Assembly (NCBI GenBank): GCA_963801815.1
Contig: CAWDGJ010000001.1
Location: 128,001 to 192,000 of the forward strand
Source: an uncultured Verrucomicrobiae bacterium
GTDB taxonomy: Bacteria; Verrucomicrobiota; Verrucomicrobiia; Chthoniobacterales; UBA10450
Direction: 5' to 3'
Length of the DNA: 64,000 bases
Shown: positions 16,609 through 26,969 of the stretch, in pieces
Position numbering within the stretch: position 1 is the first letter of the stretch
Layout of the letters: every line of letters begins with the position of its first letter
Notes under the pieces: generated by a model
Told to the model about the DNA's origin: nothing
Database searches by the model: none
The model's input: only the letters and a program-made list of their open reading frames with translations
Translations under genes and position numbers: made by a program

Positions 16609-19608
16609 ATGGTCAATTGGATTCTAAAGAAGCTTTTCGGGTCGAAAAACCAGCGCGAGTTGCGTCGGCTGGCACCGATTGTTCGCCGAATTAACGAATT
16701 TGACGAGCAGTTCAAGTCGCTCTCGGACGACGATTTGCGTGCGAAGACCGCGGCTTGGAAAGAGGAGTTTTCGAAAATTTCAGATCCGGAGGAACAATGG
16801 CGCCGCCTCGATGAGGTTTTGCCGGAAGCGTTCGCGGTAGTCAAAAACGCCGCCCGGCGGCTGAAGGAGCAACAGTATTCATTCACCGTCTGCGACCAGC
16901 CGATGACGTGGGACATGGTGCACTTCGACGTTCAATTGCTCGGCGGAATGGTTTTGCATCGCGGCCGGATCGCGGAAATGGCGACCGGCGAAGGCAAAAC
17001 TTTGGTGGCGACTTTGCCGCTCTATCTAAATGCGCTTACTGGCCGTGGCGCGCACCTGGTGACGGTGAACGACTATCTCGCTCGACGCGACGCGGAGTGG
17101 ATGGGCCAGCTTTATACCTTTCTCGGGCTCACCGTCGGTTGCATTCAACACGATCAGGAGCCGGACGTGCGGCGACAACAATACGCCTGCGACATCACTT
17201 ACGGAACGAATAGCGAGTTCGGTTTCGATTATTTGCGCGATAACGGAATGGCGACGACCCGCGAGCAGCAAGTCCAGCGCGGGTATCATTTCGCGATCGT
17301 CGACGAAGTGGATTCAATCTTGATCGACGAAGCGCGGACGCCTTTGATTATCAGTGGGCCGGCGACGATCTCGACGCATCAATACGACAAGTGGAAACCG
17401 CTGATCGAGCAGTTGGTTCGCAAACAAACGATGCTGTGCAATCGCGTGGCAAGCGAGGCTGCGGAGGCGTTTGAAAAAGGGGATGTCGAGCTTGGCGGTC
17501 GTTTGATGTTTAAAGTGAAACTCGGCCAGCCCCGCAACAAGCAACTGTTGCGGATGATGGAAGATCCGGACAAACGGCGCGCCATTGATAAGGCCGAGCT
17601 GTCTTTCTACACCGACACGCGCAAGGAGGAATTGTTTCAGCTCAAAGAAGAACTTTTCTTTACGATCGATGAGAAATCGAATGAATCGGATCTATCCGAA
17701 CAGGGTCGAAGTTTTCTCAACCCGGACGATCCAAACGCGTTCGTGCTTCCCGATCTGATCAGCGAGTTCACCGAAATCGATCTTGATCCAACATTGTCCG
17801 ACGAAGAGAAGGATAAGAAAAAATCCGAGCGCCAGGAGCATTGCGACCAGCAAGCGGAGCGGATTCACAATATTTCGAATTTGCTCCGTGCTTACTGCGT
17901 GTTCGACAAAGACGTGCAGTACGTGGTCGAGGAGAACAAGGTCGTAATTGTCGATGAATTCACCGGTCGCAAGATGCCGGGACGGCGTTGGAGCGACGGT
18001 TTGCATCAGGCGGTCGAAGCCAAAGAAGGCGTGCAAATCGATCGCGAAACCCAAACCCTGGCGACGATCACGATCCAAAATTATTTCCGACTCTATCAAA
18101 GGTTGGCCGGCATGACCGGCACGGCCGAAACCGAGGCGGCCGAGTTTCATGACATTTACAAGCTGGATGTGAACGTGATTCCGACCAATCGGCCCGTCGC
18201 GCGCAAAGATTCCAACGATCGCATCTACAAGACGCGTCGCGAAAAATACAACGCGGTGATTAACGAAATCAAAGAACATCACGCGAATCAACAGCCTGTC
18301 CTCGTTGGCACGGTCAGTGTCGAGGCATCGGAGTTAGTGAGTCGAATGCTCAAGCGCGAAAAAATTCCGCACAACGTGTTGAATGCGAAATTTCATATGC
18401 AGGAAGCTGAGATCGTTCAGCGTGCCGGTCAGCCCGGCACGGTCACAATTTCTACCAACATGGCCGGCCGCGGCACTGATATTAAACTTGGAGCAGGCGT
18501 CGCGGACCAAGGCGGACTGTCTGTTATTGGCACCGAACGACATGAAGCGCGTCGGATCGATCGACAGCTTCGCGGTCGTTGCGCGCGTCAGGGCGATCCG
18601 GGTGCATCGCGGTTTTATGTGAGCTTCGAAGACGATCTCATGCGCAATTTCGGCGCGGCGGATCGAATGACGAAAATCATGGAGCGTTTTGGCCTCGAGG
18701 AAGGCCAGGAGCTCGAGCATCGCTGGTTGAACAAATCGGTCGAAACCGCGCAGAAACGCGTCGAACAGCGCAACTACCTGGTTCGCAAGCGCACGCTCGA
18801 CTTCGACGACGTGATGAACATGCAACGCGAAGTCGTTTACACGTGGCGCAATGACGTCATCGACACCGAAGATCCGCGCTCGGAAATCTTCGAAGTGATC
18901 GATGAAGCTGTGCCGAATAAGGTGAAAGAATATCTGGAGGGCGAAGAGCCGAACTATACCGGCTTGATGAACTGGGTGAACGGCACGTTCCCACTTGGTC
19001 TTAATAAAGAGCGTGCACAATTCGAAACCCGAAGTGTTGATGAGAACGCGACGTTCCTGATCGAGAAGATCAAAGACGCCTACCAGCGCAAGTCGAATCA
19101 CGAAGAACCGGCTGCGGTGAAAAGTCTCGAGCGCTATATCATTTTGAACGCAATCGATCGCCTCTGGCAGGAGCACCTTTATGCGATGGATGCGCTGCGC
19201 GAAGGCGTTTATCTCCGCGGTTACGCCCAAAAGGACCCGCTGGTCGAGTATAAGACCGAGGCTTACGACATGTTCGTCGAATTGATGGCGAACATTAAAA
19301 ACGAAGTGCTTCACAATCTTTTCCGGAGCACAACAAACCTGCGCGCGTTCGAAGATTTCCTCGGCAGCCTGCCGCAATTCTTGCTTCGCGAGGAAGGGCC
19401 CGGGGCGCCGGCAGCAAATGCTCCGGCGCGCGCACGTCAGCCACAACCGGCAATGGCCGGTGTTGCGATGGATGGCGACGGGGACGGCGCCGGTGGAGTG
19501 TCGATCGATCTGCCGGTACGGCGATCGTTGCCGAAAGTTGGCCGTAACGAGCCGTGTCCGTGCGGCAGCGGGAAAAAATATAAAAACTGCTGCGGTCGCA
19601 CCGCGTAA
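16609..19608 (+). CDS. secA: Preprotein translocase SecA
   Basis: [41 protein letters not shown]-terminal [18 protein letters not shown]. Confidence 0.99.
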   Translation: MVNWILKKLFGSKNQRELRRLAPIVRRINEFDEQFKSLSDDDLRAKTAAWKEEFSKISDPEEQWRRLDEVLPEAFAVVKNAARRLKEQQYSFTVCDQPMTWDMVHFDVQLLGGMVLHRGRIAEMATGEGKTLVATLPLYLNALTGRGAHLVTVNDYLARRDAEWMGQLYTFLGLTVGCIQHDQEPDVRRQQYACDITYGTNSEFGFDYLRDNGMATTREQQVQRGYHFAIVDEVDSILIDEARTPLIISGPATISTHQYDKWKPLIEQLVRKQTMLCNRVASEAAEAFEKGDVELGGRLMFKVKLGQPRNKQLLRMMEDPDKRRAIDKAELSFYTDTRKEELFQLKEELFFTIDEKSNESDLSEQGRSFLNPDDPNAFVLPDLISEFTEIDLDPTLSDEEKDKKKSERQEHCDQQAERIHNISNLLRAYCVFDKDVQYVVEENKVVIVDEFTGRKMPGRRWSDGLHQAVEAKEGVQIDRETQTLATITIQNYFRLYQRLAGMTGTAETEAAEFHDIYKLDVNVIPTNRPVARKDSNDRIYKTRREKYNAVINEIKEHHANQQPVLVGTVSVEASELVSRMLKREKIPHNVLNAKFHMQEAEIVQRAGQPGTVTISTNMAGRGTDIKLGAGVADQGGLSVIGTERHEARRIDRQLRGRCARQGDPGASRFYVSFEDDLMRNFGAADRMTKIMERFGLEEGQELEHRWLNKSVETAQKRVEQRNYLVRKRTLDFDDVMNMQREVVYTWRNDVIDTEDPRSEIFEVIDEAVPNKVKEYLEGEEPNYTGLMNWVNGTFPLGLNKERAQFETRSVDENATFLIEKIKDAYQRKSNHEEPAAVKSLERYIILNAIDRLWQEHLYAMDALREGVYLRGYAQKDPLVEYKTEAYDMFVELMANIKNEVLHNLFRSTTNLRAFEDFLGSLPQFLLREEGPGAPAANAPARARQPQPAMAGVAMDGDGDGAGGVSIDLPVRRSLPKVGRNEPCPCGSGKKYKNCCGRTA

Positions 19609-19672
19609 ACTTCGAAGGATACTGGCTTTCGAAATTGACGAATCGTTCTAGTTTAGAAATTCTTCAATCGAT

Positions 19673-20041
19673 ATGCTGACGATTCACCCACGACGCATCC
19701 TCGCGATTCTTCTCCTGGCGACTTTTCTTCCCGCCTGCGCGATCCATCGGCCCACGATTCGGGAATACCAAGCGGATCAGGCCGGTCACGTTTCGGTAAA
19801 CAACGTAACCGAAGAACAATATTGGAAGGAGCGCGTGGACGAACGGATAGCGGCGGAGGTCAAAAAGGAGAAACCGGAAGCTGGCTACGACACGTGGGAA
19901 AGTTATTGGCGGTGGTGGTACGGAGTGATTCGCAAGAAGAAGAAACCGCCGTTCAAATCTGACAGTTTCAAGACGTCGGAAGACATGGTGAACTATATTA
20001 AAGACAAGAGACGCGCCAAAGGTTTGCCGACTTACGACTGA
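19673..20041 (+). CDS. Uncharacterised lipoprotein, paralogue of 62532-62864
   Basis: Lipobox-like LPAC; motifs EYQAD..G, G..TWESYW, YIKDKRRAKGL. Confidence 0.75.
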   Translation: MLTIHPRRILAILLLATFLPACAIHRPTIREYQADQAGHVSVNNVTEEQYWKERVDERIAAEVKKEKPEAGYDTWESYWRWWYGVIRKKKKPPFKSDSFKTSEDMVNYIKDKRRAKGLPTYD

Positions 20042-20184
20042 TCGACGAAATAGAAATTACAAAGTAGAAAAGTGTCGTCGCGTATACGCGTTCTTTGCGC
20101 GAGAGAGAAGCGATGGGCGAAACGATTGAATCGCAGGTGCCGCCGCGCCTGGCTGCGCCACTTTCCGGTCGAACGCCTGAACGC

Positions 20185-20733
20185 CTATGTGATCGCAGGC
20201 ACCGAAAGTTGGCAGGTGTGAACCGGACCGGACGGCGTGAGTTGACTGCAATAGAGATGAAACGCCTCGACACGGGACAATCCCACATCCAGTTGCGCAT
20301 TTGATTTCAGAAATTTGCGAAGTGCGCCGCCCGGAACTTCCCGGCATCGCGCCAGCGTGATGTGCGGATGCCAAGGCCGCAGTTCCGGCTCGATTCCCGC
20401 TGCGAGCGCTGCTTCCTGAACGCGCTTGTGCAACTGAAAAAGATGCGGGTGTGCCTGGCCGACTCCAATCCAGATTATCTTTACGATTCCTTTGGGTGGA
20501 AAAGCTCCCACGCCTTTGATAGGAAGGAAAAATGCCCGGAACTCAATCCCGTTGAGTTTTTCACGCAGCGCAAGCTCGACATCCTCGGTGACGTCAGGGA
20601 AAAAACCGAGGGTGAGATGCATTTGATCGACGGCAGTCCAACGGACGCCGCGGATGCTCGGATCGAGCTCAACCAGGACCTTCCGGATCGATTTTGGCGG
20701 ATCAATTGAGACGAAAAGACGACTTACCTTCAC
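20185..20733 (-). CDS. thpR: RNA 2',3'-cyclic phosphodiesterase (LigT-like 2H)
   Basis: RLFVSI, MHLTL.F, PHITLAR, S.LTPSGPVH. Confidence 0.92.
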   Translation of the reverse strand: MKVSRLFVSIDPPKSIRKVLVELDPSIRGVRWTAVDQMHLTLGFFPDVTEDVELALREKLNGIEFRAFFLPIKGVGAFPPKGIVKIIWIGVGQAHPHLFQLHKRVQEAALAAGIEPELRPWHPHITLARCREVPGGALRKFLKSNAQLDVGLSRVEAFHLYCSQLTPSGPVHTCQLSVPAIT

Positions 20734-21614
20734 TTTACCGGTCGGATCTCGGCGCCCGATTTTGGTTCGTCGCCACTACGACTGACTTCCTGCGGCAATG
20801 AGCGATTGAACATTTTCATCGCATGTGCCATCAGGTTTGGGAATAGCGCGTTGGCCGCGATGATAAGATATGTTGAAAAAGGCATGACCAGAACCGGCTT
20901 GCCCCGGGCGCACGCATTCAAAATTTTTCGTGCTGCGCGCTGGACGGAAATCGACGCGAACGGAATCTTCATCGACCAATTGAACCAGCGGTATTCGGCC
21001 GCATGATCTCCTTTAAAGTTCGCGTGAACTTCCGAGCCCGTTCGCATCAGGCCGGGTGTTACCGTTGTGACGTAGATTCTTTCGCGCGCGAGCTCGGCGC
21101 GAATGGCGTCGGAAAACCCCACAAGCGCGAACTTGCTGGCCGAGTACGGCACCATGTGCGGGACGGCAACGCGACCACCGATGGATGCAATATTTACTAT
21201 TCGACCGCCATCTTGCGCGCGCATCCGAGGCACGATTAGAAACTGCAGAATATATGGCGCCCAAAAATGCAGCCGCATCGCGCGATCAAAATCTTTAAAT
21301 TGCATGTGGGCGAGGGGACCGACTTCGATAATGCCGGCGTTATTGACGAGGATGTCAATCCTGCCGAAGTGTTGCAGCGCTTGTTGAACTGCGGACTGGA
21401 TCTGTGCGGTTTGAAGCAAATCGCACGGGATGATTACGACTTCAGTGCCGAACCGGTCCAGGTCAGCTTTCGCCGCCGCAAGTTCCTCTGCGTCGCGGGC
21501 GAGCAGCACGACCTTTCCGCCGCGTAGGCAAATCTGGCGCGCGATTTCAAGGCCAAGACCGCGCGAACCGCCGGTGATGAGCGCGACTTTATCGCAATAG
21601 AATTGCCGGGACAT
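20730..21614 (-). CDS. SDR family oxidoreductase
   Basis: ITGGSRGLG, VNNAG, YSASK. Confidence 0.95.
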   Translation of the reverse strand: MSRQFYCDKVALITGGSRGLGLEIARQICLRGGKVVLLARDAEELAAAKADLDRFGTEVVIIPCDLLQTAQIQSAVQQALQHFGRIDILVNNAGIIEVGPLAHMQFKDFDRAMRLHFWAPYILQFLIVPRMRAQDGGRIVNIASIGGRVAVPHMVPYSASKFALVGFSDAIRAELARERIYVTTVTPGLMRTGSEVHANFKGDHAAEYRWFNWSMKIPFASISVQRAARKILNACARGKPVLVMPFSTYLIIAANALFPNLMAHAMKMFNRSLPQEVSRSGDEPKSGAEIRPVK

Positions 21615-21674
21615 TCAGAAAATGTCCAACGCACAACCCGCCTTCGCAAATCCTCTGGCGTGGACGACTTCGAT

Positions 21675-22136
21675 TCAAGAATGCTTGCGATTGAAACGCG
21701 CGACTTCGCGCGCGGTCTCGCGTTCTACTGCGCGCTTTTTCAAATCGGCCCGTTTGTCGCGCGCAACTTTGCCCTGTCCAACACCGAGCTCCGCTTTTAG
21801 GTTTCCGTTCTTCCAATAAAGCTTCAGCACAACAAGCGTCCGGCCTTTGACCTGCGTTTCGCCGTAAAGTTTGTCGATTTCCTGGCGGTGCAGTAAAAGT
21901 TTTCGAATACGTTTGGCCGCCGGCACCTCGTGACTCGCCTTTTCGTACGGCTGAATATCGGCGTTGTAGAGGAACGCTTCGCCATTCTCTACGCGGGCGA
22001 ACGCGTCGCTGATGTTGGCCTTACCGGCGCGAATGGACTTTACTTCACTTCCTTTGAGCTCGATACCGGCCTCGTAGCGTTCGAGAATGTGAAAATCGCG
22101 CAACGCCTTGCGATTAAGAATCGACTCGGCGGACAT
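21675..22136 (-). CDS. smpB: SsrA-binding protein
   Basis: NRKA, YEAGIELKGSEVKSIR, RKLLLHRQEI, DKR. Confidence 0.98.
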   Translation of the reverse strand: MSAESILNRKALRDFHILERYEAGIELKGSEVKSIRAGKANISDAFARVENGEAFLYNADIQPYEKASHEVPAAKRIRKLLLHRQEIDKLYGETQVKGRTLVVLKLYWKNGNLKAELGVGQGKVARDKRADLKKRAVERETAREVARFNRKHS

Positions 22137-22163
22137 AATCGCGCGCGGAACGCGATGAGAAAA

Positions 22164-22379
22164 CTAGGCGTCTTCCGGGGAACTCTTGATCGCCTCGAAG
22201 GCAAGTTTGCCGGCAATGATTTCCTTCAAAGCGATATCGGTAAGAGACATCCGCGGGGTGGTCTCAACCATTGGCCGGTGGCCCAAACCGAGCTGGCGCA
22301 CGCGTTTGGAAACGACGTTGATCAGGACTTGCTGGTTTGGGATAAGTTGAGCGGCTTCCTGGAGAAGTTGAGTCGTCAT
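22164..22379 (-). CDS. rpoZ: RNA polymerase omega subunit
   Basis: LINVVSKRVRQL...DIALKEIIAGKL; ATG at 22379. Confidence 0.85.
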   Translation of the reverse strand: MTTQLLQEAAQLIPNQQVLINVVSKRVRQLGLGHRPMVETTPRMSLTDIALKEIIAGKLAFEAIKSSPEDA

Positions 22380-22586
22380 ATGGCGCAAGGATCTGACGGC
22401 GCGGGTCGCTTCCGTCGGGAATTGAAGGATGGTCGGCGCACTCTGGGCGAGCGCTGATGAAGAAACTTGTGGGGCGGCGAGCATAAAAACGGAGCGTGAC
22501 TGTGCGAGCGGTGAACGGTGTTGTCAACCGATTTTGGCGCTGCTGGGGGGATCGCAAATGTCTCGCGAGTCGTGCCCGGAATCGAC

Positions 22587-23153
22587 CTAGAGGTTTTGCC
22601 AGGAGTAATGACTCCTCTCGAACGCTTTCTGCAATTCCCGAAACGTGTCCCGATAACACGTGAGTTGAAAACGGATCTGCTGGTTCTTACGGTTCAAGAA
22701 CATCACCGATCGTTGGTAGGACTGGCTGTAGTAATCGTAACTGATCACCACCAGAAGGGTTTCCTTGCGGTCAATAAGCAAAGGATTTCGTTGTTGAGAG
22801 ACGAGCGCAACATTGGTTGCTCCTCGCGGAACCGAAGCGAGGGCCTCATCGGTCAGGCGCTTCACCGAGGCCTCATCAAAACTTTCGGCACGTTCTGCCT
22901 TGGAGGCGGTGATCTCAGCCTCGGCGGATGATCCTGCTGTCGGATGAAGAATAAAACGAGTGCTGTTGCCGGAGTACTCCCAATTTCGAGGCGGGCAGTA
23001 GGTAACGTCTTGTCCGCCGTCAGCGAACACGAGCTGATGGCGCTTTATGCCCTCCAGCTCGTATTCCTGTTGCCGCGGCGTCAGATCCAGGTCCGCACAG
23101 GCAAGCCCGGCGGTCGAGATGAGCAGCGCGCTAATTCTTACTGCATGGACCAT
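22587..23153 (-). CDS. Secreted hypothetical protein, last gene of pseudopilin operon
   Basis: Signal peptide; overlaps the upstream gene. Confidence 0.7.
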   Translation of the reverse strand: MVHAVRISALLISTAGLACADLDLTPRQQEYELEGIKRHQLVFADGGQDVTYCPPRNWEYSGNSTRFILHPTAGSSAEAEITASKAERAESFDEASVKRLTDEALASVPRGATNVALVSQQRNPLLIDRKETLLVVISYDYYSQSYQRSVMFLNRKNQQIRFQLTCYRDTFRELQKAFERSHYSWQNL

Positions 23154-25030
23154 TGGCCTTTTTCGTAAGCATAAACCATGAGAGTGCCCGGGGGTGGTCT
23201 CACTTTAAAGTTTGTGTCGAAATACCAATGGCGCGTCGGCGGAACATAAACATTTGCGTTTCCCCATTCTCCCTTGGACTGCTGGCTCTTGTACAGCTCC
23301 ACCATCGATCCGTAATATGTCACAATTGCGTGGGACCAATCTTCAAGGAAACGGGGAAAATTCTCGGCGCCGCCGCTGTAAGACCCGTCTCCGCCGGTCG
23401 GAGCCGTTGGAACGATGCCGGACAGGATGGCGGTATTAAACGTAGTGTTTGTGGCGACTCGCGAACTCGTTCCAGACGATGAATTCGAGTCATTCCAGGA
23501 ATTCGAAAGGAGGTTTATTGCGTCGCCTATGACCGAGCATGGCGCCCTTGTGTAACCTGAGACTTGCGGGGTTGTTGGATCGTTCGAACTAGTGCTATCT
23601 GAAGGCGGACTTCCGCCTGTATTGAAGTCCCCTTGGATGTAAATCGGATTATTGCTGGTGATCGTCAGCCCGGATGTAGGAATCTTGACGCCGCCCTTTA
23701 TGCGGATGCCACGTCTCGCACTGGAGGTTGAGCTCGAGTCATAGATGTAAATGATTGGGTTTGCGAACGAGGATGAAATATAATTTGGATTGCCACCCGG
23801 GACACCCGTTACAAGCTTACTAACATCGATTGTGGCGAGACGAATCGTCGCTGTCTCGCGATTATCTTGAATCGTTTGATTCGTGCTAATAGCACCGGAG
23901 CTTGCAAACATATTATAAAGCGATCCACTGGTGAGCGCCTGGGTGGCTCCGGTTTGTTGGTTGGTAACCGTGTAAAATTTTACGATATCATGCCCCGGTA
24001 CCCCATCGAATCCATTCTGACTCGGATTAGGATTGTCCTGAATCTGGATGATTATGCCGGCCTGATCCCAGTAACGTTGGCCTGCAAACGGGTCTGAATA
24101 GCCGGCGGCGGGCGGTTCAACTAGCTCTCGATAGCTATCGTTGTTTGGGTTCGGATCAGTCGTGCTGAAAATCGCAGTCGAATCCATTCCGAATGGCTGC
24201 ATAGCCATGTCTCGCGCCGGTGGAAGGTTGGACGGATATCCTGGCGACGCAGGAGTATCACCGGTGTGTTGCTGGTCTCCGGGCATGAAGTTGAGGAACC
24301 AGTCAGATGCGTAAGTGACCTTGTCGGCGAAAGTCAGCAAATTATGCGCGGTATAGAGGTTCGAGTTGGTGTTTACCCAGCCGGTGACCGTCATCGGAGC
24401 ACCGGGGTGAATTTCCAGTGGGTCGGTATAGAAAATCGCCCAATTCCACGGAGAAAGTTGCTGTTTCGAGAACACGCGACGCACTTTGGCGACCACGTTA
24501 CCTTTTAGTGTAGGCAGCGTGACGTCTGCAGAGGCAATGTAATTGTAACTGGCCGACGTCGTGTTGACCGCGCCCGTTTGCGACATTCCAACGGCCGGAG
24601 GCGGCGCTGCGGCCGCGCCACCAGCCAGAGCCTGCAACGTGCCATCGACCGCAACCACCTTAACGTTGGAGACCCTGAACGTTGAATCGTACTCATCGCT
24701 CAAGTCTGGGTTTGCTCCGGACTTGCTGAAGTTCGCGCTACTCGGGAGATTCAATTGCGAGCTTGTTGGTAACGGAATACTTGAGAACGCGCTGGTCGAA
24801 AGCGGCGTGGATGGTGTCGAGCGGCAAATCGCTCGCCAATTTGTGAACAGCTGCTCGATGGTTGCATCTGCCGCGGCAAATGCAGTCTGAAGAGTCGTCG
24901 TCCGCTGAACAAGACGATTAACGTTGGTGCTGTAATCCAATGTAACTCCGACAATAACCGCCAATGTTGCCATCGTTAGGATGACAACGACGAGCGAGGT
25001 CCCTGATTTAGTAGAATTGAGTCTTTTCAT
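23138..25030 (-). CDS. PilX/HpsA-like large minor pilin or adhesin
   Basis: KSG|TSLVVVIL prepilin-like helix lacking Glu5; C-terminal SGGAENFPRFLEDW...YVPPTRHWYFD...PPPGT. Confidence 0.7.
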   Translation of the reverse strand: MKRLNSTKSGTSLVVVILTMATLAVIVGVTLDYSTNVNRLVQRTTTLQTAFAAADATIEQLFTNWRAICRSTPSTPLSTSAFSSIPLPTSSQLNLPSSANFSKSGANPDLSDEYDSTFRVSNVKVVAVDGTLQALAGGAAAAPPPAVGMSQTGAVNTTSASYNYIASADVTLPTLKGNVVAKVRRVFSKQQLSPWNWAIFYTDPLEIHPGAPMTVTGWVNTNSNLYTAHNLLTFADKVTYASDWFLNFMPGDQQHTGDTPASPGYPSNLPPARDMAMQPFGMDSTAIFSTTDPNPNNDSYRELVEPPAAGYSDPFAGQRYWDQAGIIIQIQDNPNPSQNGFDGVPGHDIVKFYTVTNQQTGATQALTSGSLYNMFASSGAISTNQTIQDNRETATIRLATIDVSKLVTGVPGGNPNYISSSFANPIIYIYDSSSTSSARRGIRIKGGVKIPTSGLTITSNNPIYIQGDFNTGGSPPSDSTSSNDPTTPQVSGYTRAPCSVIGDAINLLSNSWNDSNSSSGTSSRVATNTTFNTAILSGIVPTAPTGGDGSYSGGAENFPRFLEDWSHAIVTYYGSMVELYKSQQSKGEWGNANVYVPPTRHWYFDTNFKVRPPPGTLMVYAYEKGQWSMQ

Positions 25031-25833
25031 TGATAGGTAGTAAGTCGAGCTTTCATCGGAATCTGGCCGTTCAGAAAGATGTTAGCGGCTTTGAATCCAC
25101 GATTGCTGTAATTCGGATCTGCGGTTGACAGGTTTATGGCTGAAACAAACCGGTAATAGAGCGCACCGGCAGGTGTCTGAGGTGTGCTAAACGGCGAATT
25201 GCTGGTGATATCGTTGCCCAAAACTGCGAACGATTTCTTCGCGATTAATCCCTGCCACTGCAGATTACCGTTGGCTACCGTGTATGAGCAGCGATTGGTG
25301 ATTAGAGCGACGATGGTGTATGTGCTTGTGCCTGAAATTGCTACCGGAAGAGTGTGAGCGAGCGTGACAGTGATGTTATTGCCGCTGCCGCTCACCGCCG
25401 TGATGTCATCCTCAATTTGATGAGTTGGAACAATCAGTCGTTGTCCTACTGAAACTGCAGGAGTGGCTCCGTTGAGCGGCGTCAGCGTGAGTGAAACCTG
25501 GTTTTGGCTAGTGGTTGCGTCAGCGCTGATCTTATGAGGGCCGCTCGCGAATTCCTGGAACGCGATTCCAGCCGCCGGACCCGCGCCACTGACGGTGTTG
25601 CCATTAGTGTCCACCAGATACGGAAGCGAGATCGCCGAATGAAGGTCGCCCAGCATCTGCATCATGGCGGTCCGAGCTTGCTCATGCGCTGTGTTCATAG
25701 CCACGTTCTTCGCTCCCAGCACCAGACTGACGTTCAAGAGCGAGCACAGGGCGATGCCGACCGTGCTGAACATGGTCGAAACCATTCCTAACTCTATTAA
25801 TGTGTAACCTCGATTTTGTGGGCAAAGTTTCAT
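25027..25833 (-). CDS. Prepilin-type (PilW/GspJ-like) protein
   Basis: NRG|YTLIEL N-terminal methylation motif. Confidence 0.75.
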   Translation of the reverse strand: MKLCPQNRGYTLIELGMVSTMFSTVGIALCSLLNVSLVLGAKNVAMNTAHEQARTAMMQMLGDLHSAISLPYLVDTNGNTVSGAGPAAGIAFQEFASGPHKISADATTSQNQVSLTLTPLNGATPAVSVGQRLIVPTHQIEDDITAVSGSGNNITVTLAHTLPVAISGTSTYTIVALITNRCSYTVANGNLQWQGLIAKKSFAVLGNDITSNSPFSTPQTPAGALYYRFVSAINLSTADPNYSNRGFKAANIFLNGQIPMKARLTTYQ

Positions 25834-26312
25834 ATGTCGGATGTGCGGATTGTACTCATGGAATACGAGTAATTGCGGTTTAGGTAGGTATAAGTGACCG
25901 TTACCACGGCCTTATACATCGTCAGTGGAAATGTCACGGAACCGTTCGTGTAAGTAGAGCTGATGTCAGAAACGGTTGTGGTCATCGTTCCAGTTACGAT
26001 GACGCCGGTTTTTGGATCCTGATAAACCGGAATATTGCTTTGGGTATGAGTGCCGACCTGCAGCTCGGGTGGAATTTGCGCAGTGCCGTCCGGGTTCGTC
26101 TTTTGTGGATTGAATGGGCTGTCCGACTCGATGAGATCGATCTGATTCATAACGGCCGTGTATGCTCCGGTTGCGTTACGTGCGGTACTTGCCAGCGTGT
26201 TGAATCGCGTGAGAGCTCCGACCGCGCAGGCGGTTCCGATTCCGATGACTGCAATGCCTACGACGGTCTCGACCAGGGTCATGGCTGCCGTCTTGTGGGT
26301 CCTGCGGGTCAT
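25830..26312 (-). CDS. Prepilin-type (PilV/GspI-like) protein
   Basis: KTAA|MTLVETVVGIAVIGIG; C-terminal VTVTYTY strand. Confidence 0.72.
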   Translation of the reverse strand: MTRRTHKTAAMTLVETVVGIAVIGIGTACAVGALTRFNTLASTARNATGAYTAVMNQIDLIESDSPFNPQKTNPDGTAQIPPELQVGTHTQSNIPVYQDPKTGVIVTGTMTTTVSDISSTYTNGSVTFPLTMYKAVVTVTYTYLNRNYSYSMSTIRTSDI

Positions 26313-26622
26313 TTTATAATTACCATAAAAACCAGCAGAGAGTATGCCGACTTTCGCGCTTCTGCGAGGCGAGGCCTGAAAATTGAGAAATGCACTATTT
26401 TTTCTCAATAGTGAGAAATATTCAATCTTCTACGAGAATGACGTATGTGATAAGTTTTTGAACAACACAACGGCCGGCCCTTGGTTGGCGGTCGATCCGC
26501 ATCAGAAATATGTCCAGCGATTCGACCGTCGTTTCACCATGAGTTGCCTCAATGCTTGCCAGAAGTGGGGAAATGCGCGAAGTATGCGCGCCGAAGCATC
26601 AATTTTTGTTTTGGCAGAATTT

Positions 26623-26696
26623 CGGGCTGTGGCTCAGCTTGGTAGAGCGCCTGGTTCGGGACCAGGAGGCCGTGGGTTCAAATCCCACCAGCCCGA
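26623..26696 (+). tRNA. tRNA-Pro(CGG)
   Basis: Acceptor CGGGCTG/CAGCCCG, D loop AGCTTGGTAGAGC, anticodon arm CCTGG-TTCGGGA-CCAGG, GGTTCAAATCC; CCA not encoded. Confidence 0.97.
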
Positions 26697-26797
26697 TCTC
26701 CAACAATTCCCCGCCGCTTTCGCATATTGAAACGAAGAACTGGGTTGAACCTGCAGGCTGGATGTGATTGGATCAACGACCGCAAGGCAATTTCATC

Positions 26798-26902
26798 ATG
26801 GGTTCTCTCAAAAAGCGACGGAAGGCAAAAATCTCCAAGCACAAGCGTCGCAAGCGTATGCGCGCAAACCGGCACAAGAAACGTTTGCGCTACAAGTCCT
26901 GA
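26798..26902 (+). CDS. bS22-like (AURKAIP1/COX24, DUF1713) small ribosomal protein, 34 aa
   Basis: MGSLKKRRKAKISKHKRRKRMRANRHKKRLRYKS; below the ORF-track length cut-off. Confidence 0.85.
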   Translation: MGSLKKRRKAKISKHKRRKRMRANRHKKRLRYKS

Positions 26903-26969
26903 AATCTTTGATTCGTTAGGCCAAACTCGGGCATTTGCGCCGGTTGTTACGGGCGACTAGACTCGAAGC

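Noticed and set aside
22380..22586. tmRNA or other ncRNA near smpB/rpoZ
   Set aside because: No tRNA-like GGGG..TCCACCA ends or tag-peptide frame recognised.
22587..26696. tRNA-integrated genomic island or prophage
   Set aside because: The AT-richer operon is on the 5' side of the tRNA; no integrase or duplicated tRNA 3' end seen.
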